The translations under genes were made by a program, and so were the position numbers. Under the pieces are notes generated by a model. It ran no database searches and was not told where the DNA came from. It saw only the letters and a list, made by a program, of their open reading frames with translations. This document shows positions 51,000 through 64,000 of a DNA stretch of 64,000 nt, piece after piece; the stretch's first letter is position 1, and every line of letters begins with the position of its first letter. Source of the DNA: Amphiscolops sp. MND2022 (Eukaryota); assembly GCA_964187785.1 (NCBI GenBank), contig OZ076409.1, forward strand, positions 20,896,001-20,960,000, read 5' to 3'.

Positions 51000-53100
51000 G
51001 ACCAAATTGAAAGTATTCATTTATACAAAGCATTGTTTGAATTATGTTTTTCATACCTAACACATAGTTTAACACAATACTTAACGTGGAAAAAGAGGTT
51101 CAGATAAAGTCTTCTTAGAGTTCGTTCTGGATCATATCCACAGAACAGAGGAAAAGAAACGAATTTGACTGTCGAATACAAAATGGAATTATGGTTAACC
51201 CAGCCGAGAGAAAATCACATGGATAATGTCTATTAATGCTATTAACGGAGATATTGCATAATCGACATTTGGTTTTTCATTGAAGTATTTTGCATTATAT
51301 GTGATGTTTTTGTACTCGATCTTGTTTTTTGTCTAGAGAAACATAGAAATTACAATGTTCACAATAATACTGTCAAAGGGCTTCTAGATCTTTCCTTGAT
51401 TTTGTATGTTGATATTTATTTTGAGAATTAAATTCAGCAAGACATCTGCGCAAACTCCAACTACTGTTCTTTTAGTTAAACACTCTACAATCTATGTAAA
51501 ACTGCTTTGGATAGAAGAGAAAAAAATTCGATCTATTAGAATTTTTTCATATGAAATACCATTAGACATAATAATGACTCATATTCATGAAATGTATTCA
51601 TGAACCAGTTTTTCTAAGTAATAGGAACAAAGATATACAATAATGCTAAAAACATTTCTGCCCGAGTATTTTGATTATTAACGTTTTTTTTAAGTATTAT
51701 ACATATCCACGAATCGTTTATATCCTGTTTCGTCTACGTGGTTGTCTTTCAAACGTTTTGAAAACACCAATCGGGAGCCATCTTCTCATGTTTTTTGTAT
51801 GCGTGTATATTTCTTTGTATAGTTTTGATCCTTTTTTCTTCAACCTTCACGGAAAAAATTTTTCAACCATTCCAGTTGTGCAGTCTACTCATGCAAATAC
51901 CTGCAACAATTAGAACATGGTAAATACCTACACCTATTGAAGTCGGATGTTGTTTCTATTATTGGAAATAAGTCTGTTGTATTAGGTAGGTTAATATTCA
52001 ATTCATACTTCTTGTGTTTGTTACGGAACGTTTTTCTTCCAATTCAAAACATTTCATCCTCATCAATATTATTTAAATAGAATTGTTAAAAATAGTTTTT
52101 ACTCCTAATAGTCACTTATTGATTCTACTTTGTCAGTTGCATTGCTTGATAGAAGAGGGGCAGAAGCATGTAGTTTGTGTTCAATTTAGAAAAGAAAAAA
52201 TATATATCTATAATTTTTTTTCAAATTATGTGAAAGTTATTAAATGTTCTGTTAATTTAATACTATGTCTCATATCAACTATATCGGCATCGGAATCCTT
52301 TTTCAAGAATTTCAAAATAATTTTCAGGGGGAATATAGGATAGGTTAGACAAAAGACATTATAGAATATAGGTTAGACAAAAGAAACTTACCATCTGGAG
52401 TAGGTAATGTTTTTTGATATTTATTCAGAAAAAATGTCATAAAAAGATGGTTCCTTTTCAAGTAGTTTATGTCTTTTGGAGAAAAACCAAAGTAAATTTT
52501 GTAAAATAAAATCTGAATTATCTTTTTAGTTGCAGTGATTTTTTTCAAGTCCAGACCAATACAGATTTTGTACTTTTCATCTTCATTTAAAATCATTCCA
52601 TCTTGACCTGGAGTTGACTTGTACTTCAGGTTTTTTTCTGTTAACATTTCAAAACTGCTCTTGTTAAATGAGTCCACTATTTTTTTGTAGCAGTTTTTTA
52701 TTCTGTGAAGGATTTTTTCATCAGTTGTTCTTATTTGTTTATGGTGTTTGAAAGGTCTGAAAAATAGGAATAAAAATCTTTCACTAAATTAGAATTCAAA
52801 ACAACATTTTGAATTTCTCCTACATCAGTAAATTTTGTTTTTTCTTGTTTTTTCTTTTTGATCTTCCAATTCATCTTCAATTTTTTTCAATGTCTTCTTT
52901 CACTTTGGAATGGGTTATTCGAGACAATTTTTCTGATTTTTTCATATCTGCTTTTGATTTTTGTAACACTCAACTTCAGTTGTTCACTAAAATAACCGAG
53001 TTTAAAGATGTCGTTTCCTTTCTTTTATTAGTATAAAATTGTTTTTAATATGTAACTGAGAGAAAAAATACCTCAATTTTTGTATATCGAACAATCACTG
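51000..53100 (-). mobile_element. Probable continuation of the decayed Maverick/Polinton (very AT-rich, broken minus-strand ORFs)
   Basis: Same compositional bias as the PolB remnant and a Lys-rich ORF at 52345-52677. No diagnostic motif recognised. Confidence 0.35.
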
Positions 53101-56100
53101 GTCAATTTTCGCTTTTACCATTTTTGTTGAGACTTTACAGTTTGACTGGTGCTGATTGCTGGCTTCGGGTTACAGAAAAGTTTCTTCCTGAAAGTGTGTC
53201 TTGATCCCCGGTCTCCTTGCGCAGGAATGAGTCAGTTTCGAGAAAGTTGGCAAGGAAAAACTCACTTTTCACACCTGTTTTGGCAGGTGCTGTTTGCTAA
53301 GTTTTTTTGCATACATGTTCAGCGGGAAGTGTGTTTAACCTTTGACTATCTACAAATTTGTTCCTGATGTTTTTAACTAAAATTGTTTCCCGTTGAGAGA
53401 TTAGGCAACCTATTTTTTCCCGTAATTAGGTATTAGGGGTCGAGTTGTCTAGCAGTTAGAACTTTTGCCAACTCTAAGGTCTATTTTTTGTCTTTTATTT
53501 TTTCCAATCGCACAGTTTTCAACTAAAAGCTTCTCGAATAAGGATTTTTCAGATACTGTGGCATATACTGACAAAAATTCATAAGGTATTTTTTGCGGGA
53601 ACAAATGGTCTTGAAATCTGAACAATTTCACACCATGATCCTATGCGTTGAAACTTTTTTCCTATGCGTTGAAAATTTGCATGGTGGTTAGTTTGTCGAT
53701 TATTTATGTGTCTTTTTGAACGCAATATGTAGCTTTTCTTTTTCATATTTGCATTACACTTATTGATACCATAGATTTTTCACAACAGCAACCGGCGATA
53801 GACGGAGATAGTTTCTGTGCAACAAGGTCAATCGAAGGTATCTTGGGCTGGTGGCGATTGAGCCATCACAAACGATTGATGAAAGATGTTAGTCTACTGT
53901 CTCAGAAGGGTTCAAAACAAAAGGGACCAATACTGGCAGAAGATCTAGAACGAGTAAAGAGCGCAATTTATCGTGTTTCCACTCATTCAACAGGGGAACT
54001 TTACGATATTGCGTGACAAATTGTTCCACAACAAATGCAAAAATGCGAAGAAAGAGTTAGCAAAACTTTGTGCTGACGAAAGCAAAGTACAGCTCAACCC
54101 AAGGAAAGACTCATTACGCCTAGAGTGAGTGAACTCACCAAACACCCGATAAGAAAGACTCTACGAAGCCTTTAAGACAATTGCCTTCAATCCGGTAGAC
54201 AGTCAGTTCTGCATATGCATCATCAATCATAAACCTAAATTCGTTTCAATTGCTGGTAGCAGCAATATTTCAAAGATTGTGCAATCAAAAAAGCCAATGT
54301 CGTGCTCGCAACAAAATTTGAAAATGGTAGCAATAGAAAACAATAAAATCCTGGATTGAATCCTTGCCAAATTTCAGTTAGCTGTACAATCAGAGCGGAA
54401 AATTCTTGTCGTTTTAGACTAAGGTAGAGGTAGACTCATAGTAATAGGCGGAAGTCGAATTACGCAGCTTGGAAACAAGCTCGGTAAATCCGATTCAACG
54501 GGGCAACAATTCACTATTGAATAGATACAGTTCTTCAAGAAGACTTTAGTGCTTTTAGGTTGAATCGAGGACTGGCGTAACGCTTGAGTCCACTGTAATA
54601 AGATATGAGCAGCCCCATAGACATGCAGAAGTAGGATGAGTTTCATTACGCGATGGGCAACTTCTATACAATAAAGGCGAAAGGAGATGATGTCACAGCC
54701 CCAGCTGAGCTGTGAATTTTGTCACACAACAAGCTCAGTCTACGGAGAAGGAAAAGGGAAATAGAAAACAAAGAACGAAAGGAAGGAAACAACATCTGAA
54801 ATAAGTAACAAATAATCAATCCTAATAATCTTAAAACAACGGAGCTAAACATTTATAATAGTACCTAATACTGAATAGCTACTTAACGAGTGCATATTTA
54901 TATACGGTTTAACAGCAACAATACGAAGCTATAGTAAATATTAAAACGGCGCTACGTAATTAACAATAGTTGGAAAGCACGGTCTGGCGAACGGCCTGAG
55001 ATTTGTAGTCAGTCCCGCAACATCGCAAGCGGCATCAAAAGTAAGAAGTGAGACGCCGGCCTGGCATGCAGCCTCAAATTTAAATGTGCACTGTTTTGGA
55101 ATGAAACCACTTGTATGTTGAAGCGAATGAATGCACGTAAGCGTATTTAGGCAATTGTACAAATGATGTTGAACATGTATATGTTATACACACTTGAACA
55201 GTTCTGTGGAAATACGACCTTTTGTGTACTGCGGCACAGGACGTGTCCTGCAAAAAGTAAAAGATTAATTTCATCGTTGAAGTGAATTATTGTGTTATTG
55301 TTAACTGTTGTTATGTTTTAACAATAACAAAAGTAATACAGCCATCAACCAGTTCATAGACTAATTTGTTGATTGTTCGCATTTCATAATTATCTCCAAG
55401 TAAAGATAATAATTGGTTATTCATGCGTCCCAGACCGTGGCCTGAGACCTGGATATGTGTTGCGTTAAAAGTCTCGCTCCAATTACCTAAAAATCCAGTG
55501 AAATTGACCCGTTTCAAGCAGTGTGATGTATTGTGAAGTATTTGAGTTGAATCGGGACTTTTTCCCTTTTCGTAAAAATTGATTTTAGCTTTTTTTCTCC
55601 AATGAGATTCATGAATGATCCAAATTGTTTCACGGCCATGTTCACTTTGGGCGTCCTGAAGTGCAGGAATTTGAGGCGAAGGGAAGCCGAGTCGCATTTC
55701 GGACAGGAAGTGGACGCTTGCTTTCCCCGGAAAACATGAACGAACTGAGTGTCTGAGTTCGACAAGTCGGAAATGAACTTCCTCTTTCTCTGCCTTTGAA
55801 AGACGCCGGAATGAACGAGAGGCGTGAAGGTTGTGAGTAATTTTCCAGGGAAAGAAAGTAACAAAGTATATATATGAAAAATCTGAGTTATTAATCATAT
55901 TTTTGTTTGATTTCGCAATTGAAAACTCTGACACTCAATAAAAGTTCAAACTGCCTTTTTTTGTTCTTCAAGAATAACGCAATGCCCAAAAAAGTTTTCA
56001 ACAAAAGCTTTGTGATAAAATATCTCTGAAATTACCGGAAAATTGTCCGAGCGATCGTCCAAAAGGAAGGCTAGAAGAAATTCCTCATGTTGCTCAGTTG

Positions 56101-59100
56101 AGGAACCATAAAAAGCTAACTTGAAAAGTGAGAACGTCACCAACATTTCGTACAGAGATTTTTCTGAGATCTCTGAGAATGCTAGAAATCAATAAGCAGA
56201 AGAATAGAGGAAACAGAGACAAAGCAGAGAGAAATTCTAGAAATGAAAAGGAATTTGTCTTGAAAATTGACTCGTTGACTGGGAAAACCGTGATCGCAAT
56301 AGAGCGAAACACTGAAACAATCGAATCGACGTAGAAAACATCCCGTCGACTTCTTACTCAAGAGAAACTGAAAACATGGCCCAAGTCGAAGGTCATTACA
56401 GCTGATATTGCAGGCGAAACGCATACTTCTTCGACATGCATTTGATGGATAAGAGTGTCAATCAAAATTTGTTCAGAAACTTCCGTATGCAATCTTTTGT
56501 TTTGAAACTCAGAGAAATTTAGAAAAGTAATATTGCTTGAGATAATTATGAATGAGAAATTTTTTCATGAGACTCTCTAACGGAATAACGAATTTACGAA
56601 AAAAGTCCTTGACTCGGTTCATTAACGCTTGGTGAAACAGTTTTTCTAAAAATGTCTTCAAGGACAAACAAGTTGCTTCATGAAATATTCATTCCAAGAG
56701 AATTAAAGATAGCAAACGTAACAAGTACTTGTGGATTGCGATAAGATAACATGGGGTATCCGTCATCCATACCATAGTGGTATCGTCCTTGCAAAAGAAA
56801 CGTCCTTTCAAAAGAAACGTCCTACGGAAAAAGAAACGAAAGTAACAACGGTGAGAAGTCAGACCTCTGTGACCTTGAACAAGTCAATTGATACTACAAC
56901 TTGAAGATAACTTTTAACTCTGACCTTCAGAGGGTACCATCCTATGAGGATATGATTTCAAAAAAAAGCAACTTAGAAAATCCCAAGTGTTCACTATGCT
57001 TCCACCTCGCGAAATTGGGTAAGCAAACTTATTCTACATCTTACAACTACTTGCCGTGTAGTTGTCGAAGTGAATGTTTTTTTAAAAAAATGTTCAAATT
57101 TAAATTTTGAACAACAATGTCAAACGTAGGATTTTTCCTTCAAGCGTTTCGATACGAGTTGTGGTTTTCCACATATTGCACGAGAAAACTCAAAAGATTG
57201 AAGGTAGCAAAATTTCCGAAACTGCACACTATTTGGCAAACAGAAGCAGCAATTCGGCTCAAAGAGTTGGTAGATTTTTTTTGCAACCATCTGAAATTCT
57301 AAGTTTTTTGTCTGTAAGATAAAAATGTCTCCGAGCTGGTATGAGTCTCCTCCTAAATAATTTGTGTTGAATAATGCAAGATATCTGTTTTTACTTCAAA
57401 CATATTTTGGACTGTTTGCTAGATTGGTAAAAACAAATCCTGATTTTCGATTGTTAAATGCAAAGTTGTATTTTTAATCGCAAGTTTCTCGCTGTTTTGC
57501 ATACTAAAAAGGGAAATACTAATAGATTCCCACTAAAAATAGCCGGGCCTTTGCTGAGTTCTATAGTTTATCTTTTCCAATTGTCTAAAAACGCTCTGGA
57601 GGGTTTTGTATATTTCAAGATAATGGAGTGCAGCGATTGAAAAGAAGATGCAAAATATGAATGCAAAAAACGAACACAAATGCGAGCACAGTTTTCCCTG
57701 GGGCATTGATTGAAAAAAGACATGAGATGAAAAATTTGCACCGGTGTTCCAACAAAGGCACTTTGAACCTGCAATAGCCAAGGAAAACAACTAATTTTAG
57801 CAAGAAGGTTAATGCTGCTGCCAAGAACACAGAATAAAAGCAGTACTTGGCCTGTTCTGCAGTTTGCCAGTTATATTTGTCTGACACTCTCTGAAAGTAG
57901 AATACAGTGCTTATACACCTGAGGAGATGGCCAGAGGAGCTTAGTCATAATGCTGGAATTTGTGGCATATATGGCAATCAACGGGAATGGATATATCAAT
58001 TATTAATGCAACTTGAGTCGCCGAGTTTCTGATTTCACTGCTTTTTCAGTCTCTCAAAATTGTACGCATCCATTTTGTCGTAGTTTGAACTCTTAGTAGT
58101 AGCGGGTCCGGGAATTTCAGTTCCAGACAAATTCAACCCAGCCAGACATTTCGGCGTAATATCCAGAATCTGATAATCATTCTTGACAACACCGTATGTC
58201 GTACAAAAAGGTACCCGCTTATCGCATTTACTTTTTGCACTTATTTTAAAATTTGTTTTAAAAGCAGAATCCCATTCCTTTTTTCTCCATATAAGGAGGA
58301 ATTCATTCATCAAGTCAGAATACAAAACATTCGTTAATTGGAAGAGAAGAAATACTTTCAATTTGACTTCGCGCTGCTTCTTAGCGAGTGCTGTTTAAGG
58401 AAGGAAGCTTTTTGGTGGGGAAAAAACCACAGGCTTGCAATTATCAGATTGGTTGAATAGAGAGAATGAAAAACAAATGTTGTTTAGCTTTGCTCAGTGG
58501 CAGTTGTGGCGCAGTCATTAAGCAGCATTAACTAAAACAGACCAAATCCTAAAACAGCTTAACAAATTCAATTCCACAGTCTTCTAACCGAACCTAGTAT
58601 CTTCGTCTTTCCTCTAAATTACCACCATTCATTGACCACATTAAACAAATTACCATCAAATTAGGATAAATAAAGCGAAAAAGAAACATGTCGCAATCGA
58701 TTTCGCAATTCGCACTCATTTAATGTGGTTTGACATTTGCTGCGCAATTGCAAAATAACCGGGTTAGTGGCGCAGAATGGGCTCGTCTCAGTTCACTTCC
58801 TTATAAGGAAATAATTGGAAACAGTTCGCAAATCTTGTTGATTCTGATCTTGAACACACCTAAACAATCTATCTACATTGCATTTCCAAGTCTGCTCTTT
58901 TCGATCACAGACGACAAATCTTAGTCAAAGGAATTTACAAGCAGTTGTTGAGTTTGATCACACCTAAGCTTTGAAAATGAAACAACTGTTCCGTCAAATG
59001 ATACGTCGTGGAATCGAACATCTTGAGTTTTGAATAACCTAAATATTTGATCCCAGATCTTGAAATCAGGTTCTTAATCATTCACAAGGATCATTTTGAT

Positions 59101-61549
59101 TCCAACACATTCGACTTATATCATTCCATTACACAATAGACATCGGCGATTTTGTTCTTACTGTTGTTTTTATCGTTATTTTCTAATTATTATTGTTATT
59201 ATCATGAAGCCTTTTGTCCAAGACAGAAGTCGAGCTTGCTTCTGTGGATTTATCTCTTGTTTCTTCACAATTTACTCTCTCCAACTACCACACAGAAAGA
59301 TACAAGCCGCACCCGCCACGTCAAACACACCAACTGTCATTTCTCTACACTCGAGTAAGGACTCCTTTTGTACCATTCTTACCATTCTCGCAACTACTAT
59401 TACTACTACTACCATTTGTACGAACCACTACCATACAAATGTCATACCTACGAACTAATACTACCAGGGATTATATAATTGGGTAGTAATCCTATCCCAA
59501 CACTTCTGTCACAACTCAGAAAGTGCATGAATATGAATAACAGTTCATACTAGATTGACGTTTCAATTGTGTCCTATTCTGACAAATTGCGTTTATTCAT
59601 AAGCTGACTCAAGTTTCTATGAATCAAATACAATCCTTAAATTTGTATAATTAGGATGCCATAGTTGAAATTTAGCAAGTTTCTGTTTCGTAGAACTCTG
59701 AGTATTTTGAAACTTCATATTAGATAAATGCAATTTCTAAACAAGAAGCAGAAAATGAACTCGAATGGAACCATGTTTTTATTGTATCATCCCCCACCCG
59801 AAGCTGCTACGGGGGATACGAAACAAGATTCAAATACCATTGTATCGACATCGGTTGCGATTAGATTTTGATCGATGTTTTTGGTTCTCAAGCTTTGCGA
59901 GGTGCCCATATGGTGACGTTTTTTTCGCAGATTTCGAGACATGTGCCAACTTTTCAAACTTTCAAACTATGCAATTTTGGTCTGTTCCAGTCGTGAACTT
60001 TTCCCATTTAGGAAAAAAATAAGGCATGGGCATCAAAACAGCTCTAGAGACAATCCTCTGAGTATTTGTAATGAAATCCCAAACTCTTTCATTGAGCAAG
60101 ATTTTTTTGCGAGTATAAAAGTTGTTTTCGTCTTCGACGGGAAACAAGAAACAAGGTGTACCTTGAATAAGAAACATGGTCCCTCCAATGAATTCAGATC
60201 AATGAAGATTTGTTGATGCAGGTTTTTAACGCATTTCTTGAATAAACGGGTTGATCCTCTTGCTAGCATCTTGGCTGCTATGGCAAGACCTTGCCAAACT
60301 ATTAGTACATCTTGGCGCCCATGAATCATATGGCAAGCTTCTCACCAAGACCTAAACAAAGATCCATTATTATTCCAAGATCGCATCTTAACAAGATGAA
60401 ATAAAATTCGAAGTTGGTACTGCGACCATAGAGGATTTTGACAAAGTAATATCGTAGACTAGCAAAACACTTTCCATGCGGTTTTCGAAACATTTAAATT
60501 TTTGGCCTGGAAAAAGACTGTCATTGCCGAAGCTATGTTCTGGCTGACGAATACTGGAGAAAGTGCAAGTACAATATACAACCTTATGCTGATCTTTTTA
60601 ACTCATTTTGTCTTTCTAATATCACTTTCCTCTGTACTCAATTCTGAGCATCTCTGTGAGAGCCAACCCTAGTCGAGATTGCTTGAACTTTTCACATGCT
60701 GCATGGAAACATGCAGGCTAATTTTTTTTACAAAACATGGAAAACTCCGGGAGCCTGCATGGAAACATTTTGTAGGATTACAATGCAGCTTCCACTATTT
60801 CAATTAAAACTGAAAACATTTCCACTTCTTCACCACCACGATCACTTTGTTTTCACGCGTAAGTTTCTCAAGAAAGTATCTTATGTATTCACCGTTAGTC
60901 AGATAGCACGCTGAATATGACGCCGCTACTTTGAAACCTATAATGTGACTGAAGTTTATTTGCATTGAAAGCGCAGTAAAATTGATGACAGTCTCAGCTG
61001 CTTTCAAAATTGGAACGGCGTCTTAATGAAAACTGCAAAACTTTGCGGCGCGAAATTGCCGCCAAATTTAGGATGCATTTTATAGGCAGCTTGATAAAAT
61101 TAAATCGAATCAGTGTCGCATGGACGTTTCTTTGAGACTTTTATAAAATCATGGAAAATTAGGTTGGTAACCTACAAAAACATGTAAAAAGTTCACGCAA
61201 TTCCAACCTGGGAATTGTTTCTCAAATGGCCAGCGGAGACCAAAAAGAAATGGATGTATTTTCTGAGAACCTGACATATTTCTGATCTTGAGTTAGCTCT
61301 TCATGACTTCTAGATGAAAGTGGCCCCTTATGTGGAAGATCACTGTTCAGTTAGGAACTATTACTACCACATTGTCCCAGTGCTTTTAGATTTTTAGAGG
61401 TAACAAAGATTATGTATGCAATTTTTGGTTCGTCCCCCAAATTTTGTTGCGTAGGAGGAAGAAAATCACCATCTGTGTGGTTTTTTTCAAAATCTGCCAA
61501 ATCTCCACTCTATTATTCTATTCAGATACTGTAGTTGCTTACTCCTATT

Positions 61550-62093
61550 TGTCCCAGCACGCTAAAGCAGAACTTCCTAAGAAAACAGCGTTTTGTTAAG
61601 ATGGATGCGGAGGTTCAAAACCAAGCGCTCCCATGTGGTCCAGCACGCTAAAATCGAATTTTTGATTTTATATCGGAAGTAAACTGCGTATTACTAAGGA
61701 GGAGACGGATGTTCGAATTAAAGGGTTCCCATTTGGCCCAGCGAGCTATATCCAAATTTTTGATGTATCCGTAGTTAATTGTCTTTTATCAATAGAGAGG
61801 AGGAAGTTCGAAATTATTGAGCCCCTTCGAAAAGGTCCGCCTTTTGGTATTTTCGGTACTGTGAAATTGAGAGTTTGTTCCAAAGAGAACACTTGACGCT
61901 TTGAAGTACTTTTGCTCTTTTTGAGCCTCACGTGGGGCACCAACTACTGCCGTTCTCGGCTTGGTTTTGCTTTGGTAGAACGTCGCTTTCGCTGTACTTT
62001 TTTGTTTTTTTTTTGCGTACTATTTGCCATACTGTTTTTTTTTACAAAACTAGGGTGGCAGAAACTATTCCGGTGCTCAGCGGGTGTCTTGTT
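61550..62093 (+). mobile_element. HINE-like fragments: ~90-bp internal repeats followed by two consecutive 3' ends
   Basis: Repeated cccagcacgcta..ggaggttc..cccatgtgg units. The family-B tail ends at about 61965 and a satellite-family tail (ggcagaaa..gctcagcgggtgtcttgtt) at about 62093. Confidence 0.55.
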
Positions 62094-64000
62094 TTAAAGT
62101 TCTGTGTAAATTTTATATTATCTTTCAATTTTCTATTCATATTTTCTAATTTAGTTGTTGCTGTTGGTAACGTTTTCCTTACCTTCTTTAAAATCCTATT
62201 AAATTTTTTCTGGAAACATGCGTGTATTGATAAAATCTTACAAGATCGTTCTCTGTTCCAAGATCTTGGCAAGATATTCATGGAAGGTCAATACAGTTGT
62301 CTTTTCTGATCCTAAACTGCGAAGACGTTTTCAGAATGGAGACTACGGAAATGGCTAAGCTTTATTTTTTTCCAAAAAACCACAAAAAATTAGCTTCAGA
62401 GTTATCTATCATTCCCAAGCAAAGTTTTTTCCTACCTCTTGGAGACTTTCTATACTTTTTACGCCTGAAAAAAGCCCTAGTAGTCTTGTCACAGTGGAAA
62501 CTTTGTCATTTCAATAACGTTTCGGAACAAGATTTTACCACTAATTTGGTCGAATAGAATCTAAAATCACCATATGCTAGTTGAATGAAATCTGGAATCA
62601 GCGTAATGCGGAAAAATATATAAATCAATTTTTCCGAGGTCCTTCTCTCCATTTCATGGCTTTCTGAGGCATTACTACATTCTTTTTGTTCGCCAAACCA
62701 TCTCTTTTCTTGTTTCATTGTAGACAAGCCTGTTCCTTGCACGTGCACGGTGCCCGCTCGTTAGCGCCGAAAATATTTCAGATGAATACAAACTAGGGTT
62801 TCCCAAGACTTGGATAGACTGCTTCAGGATTCCCACGGACTGTCAAAAGCTGGCCGAGGACTTGGAAGGCCTGTAGAATCATTGGCAGCCACTAAAATCA
62901 GAGTTCGTTGGTACGAGTGACAGGAACGATAAAATGTTGCTTCTGACCTAGAGGAGCGAATAACGTCTAACAAACAACGTCTAAAATTCGATCTTTTAAG
63001 TAGGGAATGAACATGGTAATTCCCATTTTGCAAAAAAGACGTTTTTCTTACTCGCCCCTTTTTATGGCTCAAAATTTCACTTTTAAAAGCTCCCTTCGTG
63101 GGTTTGGAAAATTTAGCAAAATAACTAACAAATTCTAGTCAAGACTAGCAGCAAAGAAATTTGATCGAAAAACATAATATTTAACAAAAAATCCCACATA
63201 GGTTCCTTGCAAAGTTGAAAGGCTTCGTTTTGATACTAATCTTGCAATTGTTCAATTTTTTAGTGAGTTTTGTCAACGTAACCAAATACCCGTATCAACA
63301 TAAGTTGATCATTTGAATACAAGCTACAAAATTCCTAGAATGAAACAAGGAACTACACTGTGAAGCAATTGAAGCTTGTAATTTTTTAAAAAGCTATTTT
63401 CGATGCAATTGTTTCTTTTATGTTCAACTTTTGTGAAAATCCCACTCTTTCCCCTGAAATAGACGAATACGACAGAATATTTTTAAAATCTTTTTCTATC
63501 CTTTATACTTGAATGCGAAAAAGATGTTTGACCTGATGTATCAATAAGGCTATTTTCAGCTTCTGAGCCGAGACCGATTTATGAAACGTCAGTTCTCATA
63601 AAAATTCTGCTAATATTAACAGTGAGAATGTTTGAGGTTAGATCAACGGGGAAAGGAAGATAATTGTATTTCCGAATATCTTTTATAAACTTGCGAGTAA
63701 TCAATTTTTCAGGAATGACGCTAAAGCTTGCTACGTGATATCGGTAAATTTTGAATTCAGCAAATCAATGATGAAAAGTGACGAAAAAGGGATGCTATGG
63801 TTAGAATGACAACAGTTACATTTAAGATGAGACATTAAGAAATCACAACTATATAAAACCCGATCTAGAGAAAGTATACTTGATGAGATAAATCGATTTT
63901 CGTGGCAACCCTCGAAACACTTTTTTTTTCGAGATTACTGTTGCTCTGTTACACACTATGACGATTGTGCTTCCAAACATGCCGAACGGTGTGTCTTCCA

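Larger units (their letters stand above)
47430..51000 (-). pseudogene. Decayed Maverick/Polinton protein-primed DNA polymerase B
   Basis: Minus-strand motifs in the expected order: AAGSLVELP (~50870), CRNCLTAF (~50470), VDFEC (~50325), DHDH..RGAAHNKC (~50020-49980), FHSFSGYDS (~49915), DVLQLADVF (~49015), SLPGYAW (~48930), ENNIRGG (~48840), KLMNNS..TMENVR (~48270), MDTDS (~47960), FICLRSKS (~47765). Many stops and frameshifts. Confidence 0.85.

Noticed and set aside
53800..54600. Possible Penelope/LINE remnant
   Set aside because: Only vague coding-like composition; no RT or GIY-YIG motif could be read.
55311..56424. 207-aa and overlapping minus-strand ORFs, one with a CPKC motif
   Set aside because: No family motif, competing frames, and no convincing splice structure.
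58035..58361. 108-aa minus-strand ORF near a CCAAT box
   Set aside because: Non-ATG start in the track and no identifiable homology.
59204..59354. Possible first exon (MKPFVQDRSRACFCGFISCFFTIYSLQLP...|gtaagg) of a + strand gene, with candidate small exons near 63560 and 63712
   Set aside because: No recognisable domain, and I could not build a consistent spliced frame. Needs RNA data.

Overview
AT-rich, repeat-dominated animal (metazoan) genomic DNA. The kingdom call rests on GT-AG introns and an ETS domain; the species cannot be determined from this window. One clear host gene is present: a spliced + strand gene (exons 24421-26085, 27741-27917, 30738-31504; start exon not located). It appears to encode an N-terminal RING-H2 finger, two PxDLS CtBP-binding motifs and a divergent ETS DNA-binding domain split across two exons. 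That RING+ETS architecture is not one I recognise among the standard ETS subfamilies, and it is the top finding. The rest is largely mobile DNA: Helentron/HINE-type non-autonomous elements, some carrying ~180-bp internal satellite arrays; a three-LTR tandem BEL/Pao deletion derivative (11651-20444) nested in one of them; a decayed hAT-like transposase gene with a divergent unknown ORF; a decayed Maverick/Polinton protein-primed DNA polymerase B; two MITEs; and a tRNA-derived SINE. All calls are from reading the sequence only, with no database searches. Repeat boundaries are approximate unless termini are quoted.
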